A DNA stretch of 64,000 bases from Rhodocyclaceae bacterium (GTDB taxonomy: Bacteria > Pseudomonadota > Gammaproteobacteria > Burkholderiales > Rhodocyclaceae): the NCBI GenBank assembly GCA_043761745.1, contig JAYUNL010000175.1:13047-77046 (forward strand), given 5' to 3'. Positions 20,640 to 29,796 of the stretch are shown one piece after another; position 1 is the stretch's first letter, and each line of letters starts with the position of its first letter. Under the pieces are notes generated by a model. That model had not been told where the DNA came from, ran no database searches, and saw only the letters and a list, made by a program, of their open reading frames with translations. The position numbers and the translations under genes were made by a program.

Positions 20640-22136
20640 TTAACTCTCGGCGCGTGATACCAACGTGGTTGGCAGCGGCTTTTCGCGCAGTAACAAGGCC
20701 AGCACAAATCCCGCCGCCGAAAATATCCCCGCCACCAGGAACAGCGGCTTTAACGCGCTGACATAGGCTGCGATGTACAAACTTAGTTGCGATTCCGGAA
20801 GCGATCTGAGTTGACCGATATTGGTGGCGACCGCATAGCTGAGGCCATGCGGTGCCAGTTGTTCGAGCGCGCTCTGAAGGCCGTTGGTGAAAATGGTGCC
20901 GAAGGCGGAAACGCCCAAGGAACCGCCTAGCGAGCGGAAAAGTACGATGCCTGACGTAGCCACACCCAGCTCTTCCTGAGGTACGGCGTTTTGCGCCGCC
21001 AGCACCAGCACCTGCATGGTCAGCCCGAGACCGAAACCCAGTGTGAGCAGGTAAATACTCACCGCGAGCTTGCCGGCATCCGCCAGATTGTTGAACAGCA
21101 TCCAATAGGCGCCCGACACCAGGAACAAGCCAATGATCGGGAATATCTTGTAAAAACCAAAGCGGCTGATCATGACACCGCTTACCGCCGAGGCGACTAT
21201 CATGCCGCCCGTCATTGGAATCAGTTGCAGGCCTGAAAGCGAAGGCGACATGCCTTTGACGACCTGCATGTAAAGCGGCAGGAAGGTCACCGCGCCGAAC
21301 ATTGCGACACCTACCACCAGACTCATCGAGCAGCACACGGCGAAAATGGGATTGCGAAAGAGCTTAAGAGGTACGATGGGTTCGGGCGCACGCCTCTCGA
21401 CGACGATGAAGGCGATCAACAGGCCCAGGGTCAGCACTATCAGGCCAAAAGTCTGCGAAGACGTGGCGGCAAGCGTGGCGCCGCCCGGATCGGCGAGCAG
21501 CATGACGCAGGTAAGCATTGCGGTAAGCAGCAGCGCGCCCAGATAATCGACCGACAGTTCGCGCCGTGTCACCGGTGTTTTGAACGCAATCGCAATCACC
21601 GATAAGGCGACGAGGCCCAGCGGAAGATTGATATAAAAAATCCAGCGCCAGGAAAGATGCTCAACAAAATAACCGCCAAGCAAAGGGCCGGCAACGGTCG
21701 ATACTCCGATGACCACGCCGAAGAAGCCCTGGTATTTGCCGCGATCGCGTGCCGGCACGAGGTCGCCGATCACCGCCATGACGGTCACGACCAGGCCGCC
21801 CCCGCCGGCACCCTGCAAGGCGCGAAACAAAACCAATTCGAGCATGCTATGACTGATGCCGCAGAGGGCTGAGCCGAGTAGGAAAAGGCAAATCGCGGCC
21901 TGCAAAGTGATCTTGCGACCATACAGATCGCCCAGCTTGCCGTAAATCGGACCCACTACCATGCTCGCAAGCAGGTAGGCCGCCGCGACCCACGACAGAT
22001 GATCCAGGCCGCCCAGGTTATCGACGATAGTGGGCAGCGCAGTAGCAACGATGGTTTGGTCTAGCGTGGCGAGCAGCAAGACCAGCGTCAGCGCTGCAAA
22101 GATAATACCGGTGTTGTGGGGGTGCTCGTCGCTCAT
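20640..22136 (-). CDS. MFS efflux transporter, DHA2 (EmrB/QacA-like, 14-TMS) family
   Basis: 498 aa; LATLDQTIVATALPTI and GKLGDLYGRK motifs typical of DHA2 exporters. Confidence 0.85.
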   Translation of the reverse strand: MSDEHPHNTGIIFAALTLVLLLATLDQTIVATALPTIVDNLGGLDHLSWVAAAYLLASMVVGPIYGKLGDLYGRKITLQAAICLFLLGSALCGISHSMLELVLFRALQGAGGGGLVVTVMAVIGDLVPARDRGKYQGFFGVVIGVSTVAGPLLGGYFVEHLSWRWIFYINLPLGLVALSVIAIAFKTPVTRRELSVDYLGALLLTAMLTCVMLLADPGGATLAATSSQTFGLIVLTLGLLIAFIVVERRAPEPIVPLKLFRNPIFAVCCSMSLVVGVAMFGAVTFLPLYMQVVKGMSPSLSGLQLIPMTGGMIVASAVSGVMISRFGFYKIFPIIGLFLVSGAYWMLFNNLADAGKLAVSIYLLTLGFGLGLTMQVLVLAAQNAVPQEELGVATSGIVLFRSLGGSLGVSAFGTIFTNGLQSALEQLAPHGLSYAVATNIGQLRSLPESQLSLYIAAYVSALKPLFLVAGIFSAAGFVLALLLREKPLPTTLVSRAES

Positions 22137-22189
22137 GGGGGATTGTTTTTGCAGCAGGAGGGGGCTCCCGCGTAGTTAGTATTTATAGT

Positions 22190-23197
22190 TTATGACAAAG
22201 GCAAATAGGCCACTGCTTTCAGTGCGTGGCAAGCGGCCTGATGCTGTACCGTCGCGTGCTCAGCTACCACCATCAAGTGCGGCACCTCTTCGAGACAGCG
22301 CATCTCCGCCAGTGGACAGCGTGGTGCGAACGCGCAGCCCTTGTTCGTTGTTGAGGTGGTCTCAGCATCCTTGACCGAAATCGCTCGCATTTCGATGCGC
22401 TCGAACCGTGGCGACGCCGCCACCAGCGCGCGGGTGTAAGGATGCTGGGGCGCGCTGAGGACTTCTTCCGTCGGCCCCTGCTCAACAACGCGGCCCAGGT
22501 ACATGATGATCAGATAGCTCGTCACATGCCGCAGGATCGCCAGGTCGTGGGCAATCATCAGATAAGTCAGGCCGCGCTCTTCCTGTAGATCGAGCAACAG
22601 GTTGAGGACCTGACTGCGCACCGACACATCGAGTGCAGAAACCGGCTCATCAAGAATCAGCATGCTCGGATTGACAACCAGCGAGCGCGCAATCGCCACG
22701 CGCTGCTTCTGGCCGCCGCTCAATTCATGCGGGAAGCTCAAGCGCAATTGCGGCGAGAGGCCAACGCGGCCGAGCAAATCGTCGACGCGGCGATCAATTT
22801 CCTCTAGCGTGGTGTCTGGCTGTTGTACCACCAGCGGCTCGGCAATGATGTCGCGTATGCGCATGCGCGGACTCAAAGCGCCAGAACTGTTTTGAAAAAC
22901 GGCTTGCACCCGACGACGATAGGCCATCAGCTCACGGCCTTCGGCGGAAGCGATGTCCTCTCCAGCAAAACGAATTTCGCCATCGGTCGGACGATCCAGG
23001 CGCAGAATGATACGCGCCAAGGTGCTCTTGCCGCTGCCGCTCTCTCCGGCGATGCCCACCGACTCGCCCTGCCTCACCACAAAGGAAATGTCGTCGACGG
23101 CGCGCACAATGTTGTGGCCGCCGCGCCGTTGATGGCGCAGCACAAAGGTTTTTCCTATGCCGCGAACTTCGAGCAACGGCGGGTTCATTTGCCACAT
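22190..23197 (-). CDS. ABC transporter ATP-binding protein (DppF/OppF-like)
   Basis: 335 aa; Walker [10 protein letters not shown], signature LSGGQKQRV, and a C-terminal oligopeptide-type extension with Cys residues. Confidence 0.9.
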   Translation of the reverse strand: MWQMNPPLLEVRGIGKTFVLRHQRRGGHNIVRAVDDISFVVRQGESVGIAGESGSGKSTLARIILRLDRPTDGEIRFAGEDIASAEGRELMAYRRRVQAVFQNSSGALSPRMRIRDIIAEPLVVQQPDTTLEEIDRRVDDLLGRVGLSPQLRLSFPHELSGGQKQRVAIARSLVVNPSMLILDEPVSALDVSVRSQVLNLLLDLQEERGLTYLMIAHDLAILRHVTSYLIIMYLGRVVEQGPTEEVLSAPQHPYTRALVAASPRFERIEMRAISVKDAETTSTTNKGCAFAPRCPLAEMRCLEEVPHLMVVAEHATVQHQAACHALKAVAYLPLS

Positions 23198-24252
23198 CCT
23201 TCTACACCAGTAGCTACGCTATTCAGTCGCTGGAGCGTGACCGTATTGGTGGCGTCTGCATGCGCAGCGGCATCGGGCACATGCAGCCAGCAGGCCACTG
23301 TATCGCCGTTGACGTAGTAAACGGTCGGTGGATATTTGGCGCGACAAATGTCCGCCGCCTGATCACAACGCGGCGCGAAACGACAACCCACGGTGGGCGC
23401 ACGCACGCTGGGCGGCTCGCCCGGGATCTGGTACAAGCGTCGCGTGCGCGGGCCATCCAGATGCGGCACGGCGAACATCAGCGCACGCGTGTAGGGGTGG
23501 CGCGGCTCGCGCAGTATTTGCGCGGTGATACCTGTCTCAACAACGCGGCCGGCATACATCACGGCAACACGATCGCAGGTCTCGGCCACAATGCCCAGAT
23601 CGTGGGTCACCAGCAGCAGGCTCATGCCTTCCTCGCGCCGCAGTTGGTCGAGCAGGCCGAGGAATCGCGCCTGCGTGGTCACATCGAGCGCCGTGGTCGG
23701 CTCGTCGGCAATGAGCAGGGCTGGATGACGCGCCACCGCCATGGCTGCCGTGACGCGCTGGCACATGCCCCCGCTGAATTCGAAAGGATAGGAATCGAGC
23801 CGGCTGGCTGCATTGGTGATGCCGACTCGCTCCAGTGCTGCTTGCGCCTGTCGGCGCAAATCCGCCTTGCCGGCGCCCGGCTGGGACAGACGTAATGCTT
23901 CGATCAACTGATTGCCGATGGTCAGCACCGGATTCAGCGAATTAAGCGGGTCTTGCAGGATCATGCCGATTCTGCGCCCGCGCACCTGCTGCATTTCTTC
24001 GGGCGACTTGTCGAGCAGATTTTCGCCGTCCAGCAGAATCTGCCCGCCTTCGATAACTGCGGCAGGACGCAGTTCGACACGCATGATGGCTTGGCAAGTC
24101 ATGCTCTTGCCGCTGCCGGATTCGCCCACCAGCCCCAGCGCCTCGCCGCGCCGAATACTGAAGCTAGCGCCGTCCACCGCGCGCACCGTACCGGCGCGCA
24201 TATGCACGTAGGTCCGCAGGTCTATGATGTCGAGCAAGATGTCATTGCTCAT
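23185..24252 (-). CDS. ABC transporter ATP-binding protein (DppD/OppD-like)
   Basis: 355 aa; Walker A GESGSGKS, signature FSGGMCQRV; overlaps the downstream ATPase gene by 13 nt. Confidence 0.9.
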   Translation of the reverse strand: MSNDILLDIIDLRTYVHMRAGTVRAVDGASFSIRRGEALGLVGESGSGKSMTCQAIMRVELRPAAVIEGGQILLDGENLLDKSPEEMQQVRGRRIGMILQDPLNSLNPVLTIGNQLIEALRLSQPGAGKADLRRQAQAALERVGITNAASRLDSYPFEFSGGMCQRVTAAMAVARHPALLIADEPTTALDVTTQARFLGLLDQLRREEGMSLLLVTHDLGIVAETCDRVAVMYAGRVVETGITAQILREPRHPYTRALMFAVPHLDGPRTRRLYQIPGEPPSVRAPTVGCRFAPRCDQAADICRAKYPPTVYYVNGDTVACWLHVPDAAAHADATNTVTLQRLNSVATGVEGCGK

Positions 24253-25187
24253 AGCTGGCTCAACCTCGGGTCAAGCCGGTCCCGCAGCCAGTCGCCAAGC
24301 AGATTACTCCCGAGAACAGTCATGACAATGGCAATACCGGGTACGGTCGGTATCCACCAGCCTTGCGACATGTAGAGCTTGCCATCGGAAATCATCAGGC
24401 CCCAGGCGGATGCGGGCGGCTGGATGCCCAGGCCCAGGAAGGTCAGCGCCGCTTCGAGGCCCACCGCAGCGCCGAGTTGTAGCGTTGCCAAAACCACCAC
24501 CACGCTCAGCAAGTTGGGCAGCACGTGGAGCCGCACAATGCGCCAGCGGCTGGCGCCGGCGACGCGCGCCAAGGCGACGTAATCGCGCTGCATAAGGATC
24601 AAGGTCTCGCCGCGCACGACGCGGGCGTAGGTGGCCCAGAAGGTGACCATCAAGCTGGCGATTACCGTGGTCAGCCCACCGCCGATAACGGCGGCCAGCA
24701 ACACGGCGAGCAGTATGGTGGGAATCGCCAACTGCATGTCGACCAAGCGCATCAACAACTCGTCCACGGCGCCGCGAAAATAGCCGGCAGTCAAGCCGAT
24801 CGCCGTACCGAAAGCGCCTGCCAGGGCAACGCCAAAAAAAGCCACCGCCAAGGAGTTGCGCGCACCGTCGATGAGGCGGCTCAGCAAGTCGCGACCGGTA
24901 TGGTCGGTACCCAGCGGATATGCCCAGGTGCCACCGGCGAACACTGGTGGCTGTAGCGCGTGGACGGGGCTGATCAAGGTCGGATCGTGCGGCATCAGAA
25001 AAATGCCGAAGAATCCAAAAATAAGAATCGGGGCGAGCAGCAGCAGCGCCAAGACAGGTACGCGGCGAACGCTGCGTCGTTTCTTCCTGACCGTGACGGT
25101 GACCGCCTCCATTTCTTCGGGCGCCGGGACGATCCGGGTAATTTCGCCACGGCCTAGCGGCGTATTCAAGGAGGACAGCTCACTCAT
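24249..25187 (-). CDS. ABC transporter permease (DppC/OppC-like)
   Basis: 312 aa from the Met at 25187, which overlaps the DppB-like stop by 8 nt. Polytopic, with a family-5 system permease layout. Confidence 0.85.
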   Translation of the reverse strand: MSELSSLNTPLGRGEITRIVPAPEEMEAVTVTVRKKRRSVRRVPVLALLLLAPILIFGFFGIFLMPHDPTLISPVHALQPPVFAGGTWAYPLGTDHTGRDLLSRLIDGARNSLAVAFFGVALAGAFGTAIGLTAGYFRGAVDELLMRLVDMQLAIPTILLAVLLAAVIGGGLTTVIASLMVTFWATYARVVRGETLILMQRDYVALARVAGASRWRIVRLHVLPNLLSVVVVLATLQLGAAVGLEAALTFLGLGIQPPASAWGLMISDGKLYMSQGWWIPTVPGIAIVMTVLGSNLLGDWLRDRLDPRLSQL

Positions 25188-26097
25188 TGCGGATCCTCGG
25201 GTCGAGCACGCCATACAACAGGTCGACGCCCAGGTTAATGGTGATGAACATGGTTGCGGTAACCAGCACGCCGGCCTGTACGGTGGGATAATCCCGTGCA
25301 CCGATGGCGGAGATCATGAGCTGGCCAACGCCGGGCCAGGCGAAAATGGATTCGATGACGACCGCACCGCCCAGCAAGGCACCAAGATTGAGCCCCGCGA
25401 AGGTAACCAGCGGGATCAGCGCATTGCGAAAAGCATGTTTGACGATCACCACCTGCTCCGGATTTCCTTTCACGCGCGCCAGTTTGACGTAGTCGCTTTC
25501 GAGGACTTCGAGCATGGAGCTGCGAGTCAGTCGCATGAAGGCCGCGATGGAAAACCAGCTCATGGCAATGGCCGGCAAGATCAGGTGCGCCGCCGAGCCG
25601 GAACCACCCGTCGGTAGCCAGCCCAGCTTCACCGCAAACAAGAGCTGGAGCATGATGGCCACCCAGAAGCCGGGCATGGCTTGCCCGACCAGGGCGAAAA
25701 CCGAGGCACCAAGATCGGTCGCCGAGCCCCGGCGTCTGGCCGCCAGTATCCCCAGGGGTACACCGATCAGCAATGCCAACGAGAAGCCGGTAAAAGAAAG
25801 CATGATGGTCGAGGGCAGACGGCTCATCACCAGATCAAGCGCAGGCACGCCGTACTTGATTGAATCGCCGAAATCGCCCCGTACGGCATGTTCAAGATAA
25901 GCCAGATACTGCATGGGCAGCGACTTGTCGAGCCCGTACTGCACTCTCACTGCGGCGATTTCTTCCTGGCTCGCATCCAGACCTACAAGCAGATACGTCA
26001 CATCGCCCGACAAGCGTGTCGCCATGAAGGTGATGAGGCTAACCGCGAACAAGGCGAGCAGCCCGAAGACCAGGCGGCGCATGACATAGCGTGCCAT
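25180..26097 (-). CDS. ABC transporter permease (DppB/OppB-like)
   Basis: 305 aa; MARYVMRRL... N-terminus and C-terminal DLLYGVLDPRIR, typical of DppB/OppB permeases. Confidence 0.9.
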   Translation of the reverse strand: MARYVMRRLVFGLLALFAVSLITFMATRLSGDVTYLLVGLDASQEEIAAVRVQYGLDKSLPMQYLAYLEHAVRGDFGDSIKYGVPALDLVMSRLPSTIMLSFTGFSLALLIGVPLGILAARRRGSATDLGASVFALVGQAMPGFWVAIMLQLLFAVKLGWLPTGGSGSAAHLILPAIAMSWFSIAAFMRLTRSSMLEVLESDYVKLARVKGNPEQVVIVKHAFRNALIPLVTFAGLNLGALLGGAVVIESIFAWPGVGQLMISAIGARDYPTVQAGVLVTATMFITINLGVDLLYGVLDPRIRNE

Positions 26098-26144
26098 GGT
26101 TAGCGCGCCTTCCCTGCCCCTTGTCGGGCTCCATGCGGATCTGT

Positions 26145-26171
26145 CGCGTCTAGCGCGTCTAGCGCGTCTAT
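26145..26171. repeat. short tandem repeat, 3 x 9 bp (CGCGTCTAG CGCGTCTAG CGCGTCTAT)
   Basis: Read directly; lies in a 337-bp non-coding gap between the hydrolase gene and the DppB-like gene. Confidence 0.85.
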
Positions 26172-26434
26172 CGTCGAGCTTGAGTACTTCATCCGCCGAA
26201 ACCTCCGGCTCACATCATACGACATCATATTCACAATTCATAAACGCTGGACGACCGAACGTCTTCAACCATTCCAAACAGCATGGCTGTCTTTCGATGC
26301 GAACGGTGTATTTTGGCGCGCCCTGTTGGAGCTACGCCGGCGAGAAGTGATGCACTGAAGCGATACGCTTCCCAACCACTCCGCTCGCCGCGTCGCCAGC
26401 TTACAGCGACACGGCGACACGGGTACTCACAGGC

Positions 26435-27385
26435 TCATTTACGTGCGGTCTTCTTTAGCGTCTTGCCAAAATTCTTCGTTACCCAAGCGGAGACAACCTC
26501 CGCATATTTGTCGGCCGTGCCTATAAAGAGATGATTCCCACCTTCGATCCAAACCAGTTCCTTTTTCGGACTGTTGGTCAGGCTCGCCAGTATCTCTTCA
26601 GCATTTTTGGGCACCGCTGTTTCGTCTTTCGTGCCATGCACGATCAATACCGGTAGCGTAATGTCCTTGCCGAACTTTACGGTACCAGCGTTACTTTCCT
26701 GCGGGTTACCAAAGACATCCACCCAGGTCGCCGCGGAAAATTCGAAGACGCGCCTCGGCCCTCCCCACTGATAACTGCTCAACTCCTTGCCGCGCCCGGC
26801 CTTGACGTCTTCACGACGCTTGGCGAGAAAATCTTCGTACTGAGCCCTTTCTGCCTCATTCCAGCGCATTTGCGCTTCCTGATAGGGCGACGTAATGCCG
26901 GCGCTCACGATGATCCCCTTGACCATCGGCTCGTGCGTCTGCGCCATGTAGTAAAACGCCCGCGCCGAACTCAGGGAATGGCCGAGAAGAATGATGTTGG
27001 TCAGCCCTTTTTCTTTGGCGTAAGCAACAATCGCCGCGATGTCCTTTAGATACTCGTCGGACTTCGCATAGATCATGCCGTTGGCGCCGGCCGTTCTAAG
27101 ATTGAAGCTGAGGAAGTGATAGCCGTTGCGGTTGAGGGCTAGCGCCAAGGGCGCCATGTCTTGGGAACTGGCGAACGCGCCCGGGCCACCCGGGAGGTGA
27201 ATGACCACCGCCGTGGATTTGACGGCCGGCCGGTAATGCAGACCAAACAGCGGCACGCCATCCTCGGTCTTGACGCCAACCAGTTCCGCCAAGGGTGGCG
27301 CGGTAATCGCCGAGGCTGTTGCTGTTCCAATGGACAGCAACAGTGCAACCAGACAAAACACTTTCAAACTGCGTAGCATGTTCAT
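26435..27385 (-). CDS. secreted alpha/beta hydrolase
   Basis: About 316 aa from the Met at 27385, with GGAGAG upstream. Signal peptide MNMLRSLKVFCLVALLLSIGTATASA. Nucleophile elbow LLGHSLSS. Confidence 0.75.
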   Translation of the reverse strand: MNMLRSLKVFCLVALLLSIGTATASAITAPPLAELVGVKTEDGVPLFGLHYRPAVKSTAVVIHLPGGPGAFASSQDMAPLALALNRNGYHFLSFNLRTAGANGMIYAKSDEYLKDIAAIVAYAKEKGLTNIILLGHSLSSARAFYYMAQTHEPMVKGIIVSAGITSPYQEAQMRWNEAERAQYEDFLAKRREDVKAGRGKELSSYQWGGPRRVFEFSAATWVDVFGNPQESNAGTVKFGKDITLPVLIVHGTKDETAVPKNAEEILASLTNSPKKELVWIEGGNHLFIGTADKYAEVVSAWVTKNFGKTLKKTARK

Positions 27386-27483
27386 GAGCATCTCTCCATT
27401 CGGAAAATCGACTTTCACATGCGCGTTGCGCCCGTGCACGTCGTGTCAGTTTGAGAAGCGATCTATCGGCGTGCTTGTGTGGT

Positions 27484-28524
27484 TTAGCCTTGCTGCTCGC
27501 GCTCGTAGCGCACACGCCCGACCCAGAACTCGGCATCGGGTTCGCGTGGTTCGATGCCCATCGCGCGCAACTGCATCTTCCGCGCTTGCATCATGCCGGG
27601 ATGCAGGCGCAAGGCGGGCTGGCGCATAGTGCCGCCGTTGCCGCCAACAGACCAGCTGATGTACTTGCCCAACGGCCAGTGGTACATGCCAATGTCACCG
27701 CCACGCGAAATGCTGCTCGCCATAACCGCGTTGCCCTTGGCGATGAGCCAATAAATATCGCGCGCCTTGTCCAGCTCGCCTTTGATAACGTGGTTGTAGT
27801 ACTCGACGAGATAAGGCTTCTCCGGCGACTGCCACATTTCCCACGAGCCGCCGCCCCACCATTGCGCACCATAATTTTTGTGCAGCATGGGGAATAGGCC
27901 CATCAGCCAAGGCGTGCCCACGTTGACCTGTACGCGGTTACCGAAGCGCTCGAAGCATTCGAAAGTCATTGCTGCGTCGGCGAAACCGACCTTGATCGAC
28001 ACCACGTTCGGGATGTCGGCGATTTTTTCATAGATATCAAACGGCACTTGGCTGGGGTGGAAACGAATAAAGTCAAACTTGTCGCTGGCATACATGACCA
28101 GCCCAAGGTTGGTCGACTCGGCAAGCTGCAAGGTACGTTGCAGCACATCGTCGGGCGACTTAGGGTAATAGGTTTGCGGATAGCCGAGCAGCGCATGGCT
28201 TGCGCCGCACTTTTCCGCATGCGCCAGCAATTCGAGGCTTTCGTCGAAAGAGTTGTTGAGCAAGGTGAATGAGACATTGATCTTGCCCTTGGCCTCGTCG
28301 CAGGCAATACCGATGAAACGCTTGGCCTCTTCCGTCGACAAGCCGGTTTCGACGGCGCACATGGTGGAAAAGAAGCCGTGCTTGATGGCTTGGCGCACGT
28401 CGTAGCGTATGCCCTCCTCGTCCAGATCTTTCAAATCCGCCGTAAACGACGGGATCAGTGCATTCTCAATGCCTCGCAGCGCGTCTTTCGCCCACTCTTT
28501 ACGTTCGTTTCTAGTCACTGTCAT
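27484..28524 (-). CDS. divergent dihydrodipicolinate synthase/N-acetylneuraminate lyase (DHDPS/NAL) superfamily protein, paralog 2
   Basis: 346 aa from the Met at 28524, with GGAAGGA upstream. DHDPS-like order of elements with a lysine at NVVSIKVG. The usual GTTGE motif is replaced by AVETG. Confidence 0.65.
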   Translation of the reverse strand: MTVTRNERKEWAKDALRGIENALIPSFTADLKDLDEEGIRYDVRQAIKHGFFSTMCAVETGLSTEEAKRFIGIACDEAKGKINVSFTLLNNSFDESLELLAHAEKCGASHALLGYPQTYYPKSPDDVLQRTLQLAESTNLGLVMYASDKFDFIRFHPSQVPFDIYEKIADIPNVVSIKVGFADAAMTFECFERFGNRVQVNVGTPWLMGLFPMLHKNYGAQWWGGGSWEMWQSPEKPYLVEYYNHVIKGELDKARDIYWLIAKGNAVMASSISRGGDIGMYHWPLGKYISWSVGGNGGTMRQPALRLHPGMMQARKMQLRAMGIEPREPDAEFWVGRVRYEREQQG

Positions 28525-28611
28525 GTTGCTTCCTTCCAATTCTGATTGCTACTCTGGTTGCTCTCTGTGCAATGGTCCGAGCCGCGCCGCGAGGGCCGAC
28601 TCGCGTAACGA

Positions 28612-29652
28612 TTATTTCTTGCCCTGACGCGCCGCCTCGGCGCGGCCCAGGAAGAACAGGTCGTTTGAATCCGCGCAGTCGACGCCAATCGCGCGCAGTC
28701 CACCACGGATAACTTGCAGATCGCGTTCATAGACGCGCATGACAGGCTGGCGCGTCATGCCGCCATTGCCTCCGCTCAGAAATTGCTGGAATTTGAGCAG
28801 CGGCCAGTGGTACATGCCAGTGGGCACCAGCGGGGCCATGACGCGCATCATGGCGCCCAGGGCCGGCGCCATCTGCCAATAGACCTTCATCGCTTCTTCG
28901 GTCTTGCCTTCGAGCAGCAGGTTGAAAAATTGAACGGCATAGGGCTTCTCGGGCGATTGTAGCGCCTCGACAGTCCAGGCGCCGCTCCAGCGCACGTCGA
29001 AAGACCGGCGCAACATCGGGATCATGGCGAGGTTCACCGTAGTGACCAACAAACGGTCACTGAAGCGCTGAAAGCACTCCAGTATCATGCCGGCGTCCAT
29101 GCCACCGAGCTTCATGGCGACGATGTTGTCGAGGTCGGCGAGCTTCTCGTAGGCCTCCATCGGCACATTACTGGAATGCAGGTGCTGGAAAGCAAATTTG
29201 TCGGAAATGAAAAGGTAGATGCCAAGATTGGTGGCATCGGCGTGCTCGCGAACAAAGCGATACACATCATCCTGGTTGCGCGGGGCAAAGCTTTGCGGAT
29301 AACTCAGTAATGCATGTGTGGCCCCGACCGACTCGGCATGTTGCAGAATTTCTATATTTTCCTGCGCGGATTCGGCTGTGAGAGAGAAGGCAATGCCCAG
29401 CTTGTCGCCGGCTTCGTCGACCGCGATGGACAGCATGCGTTTCTTTTCTTCCAGGGTAAGGCCAGTCTCCAGCGCACATAGGCTGGAAAAGAAGCCGTGG
29501 CGTATGCTTTGACGAACGTCGAGACGGATGCCTTCTTCGTCGAGTTCAGTCAGATCGGCGTTGAACGAAGGCATCACGACGTTTTCAAAACCGCGAAAAT
29601 GCTCGCGCGCCCATTGCTTGCGTTCTTTGCTCATAACTTTAGCGTGTGCCAT
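28612..29652 (-). CDS. divergent DHDPS/NAL superfamily protein, paralog 1
   Basis: 346 aa from the Met at 29652, with GGAAG upstream. Collinear with the neighbouring paralog; shared blocks are LDEEGIR-DVRQ, HGFFS, ETGL, SPEKPY, GMYHWPL and GGNGG-M-RQP. Lysine at NIVAMKLG. Confidence 0.65.
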   Translation of the reverse strand: MAHAKVMSKERKQWAREHFRGFENVVMPSFNADLTELDEEGIRLDVRQSIRHGFFSSLCALETGLTLEEKKRMLSIAVDEAGDKLGIAFSLTAESAQENIEILQHAESVGATHALLSYPQSFAPRNQDDVYRFVREHADATNLGIYLFISDKFAFQHLHSSNVPMEAYEKLADLDNIVAMKLGGMDAGMILECFQRFSDRLLVTTVNLAMIPMLRRSFDVRWSGAWTVEALQSPEKPYAVQFFNLLLEGKTEEAMKVYWQMAPALGAMMRVMAPLVPTGMYHWPLLKFQQFLSGGNGGMTRQPVMRVYERDLQVIRGGLRAIGVDCADSNDLFFLGRAEAARQGKK

Positions 29653-29796
29653 ATGACTTCCTATTTGATGCTGACTTAGTTTGAAGTGGTTTAAAAGGGA
29701 GCTATTTCGCGGCAGCGCCGCAGCCGGCGATGGAAACATCGCGCAACAGCATCAGGTCGTAGGTGCCCAGCGTGGGGGTAAATTCGACGCAGCGCT

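Noticed and set aside
24249-25301. Track start for the DppC-like ORF at 25301 (350 aa); similar 5' extensions at 10729, 17980, 28539, 29739, 48745, 50028, 53847, 56127, 61788 and 62179.
   Set aside because: The extensions overlap upstream genes or lack coding character. Internal Met codons with an RBS or typical family N-termini were preferred, and those coordinates are given in the feature list.
26145-26171. Tandem repeat considered as a possible CRISPR or mini-array.
   Set aside because: The units are 9 bp and directly abutting with no spacers, and no cas genes are present. This is a simple short tandem repeat.
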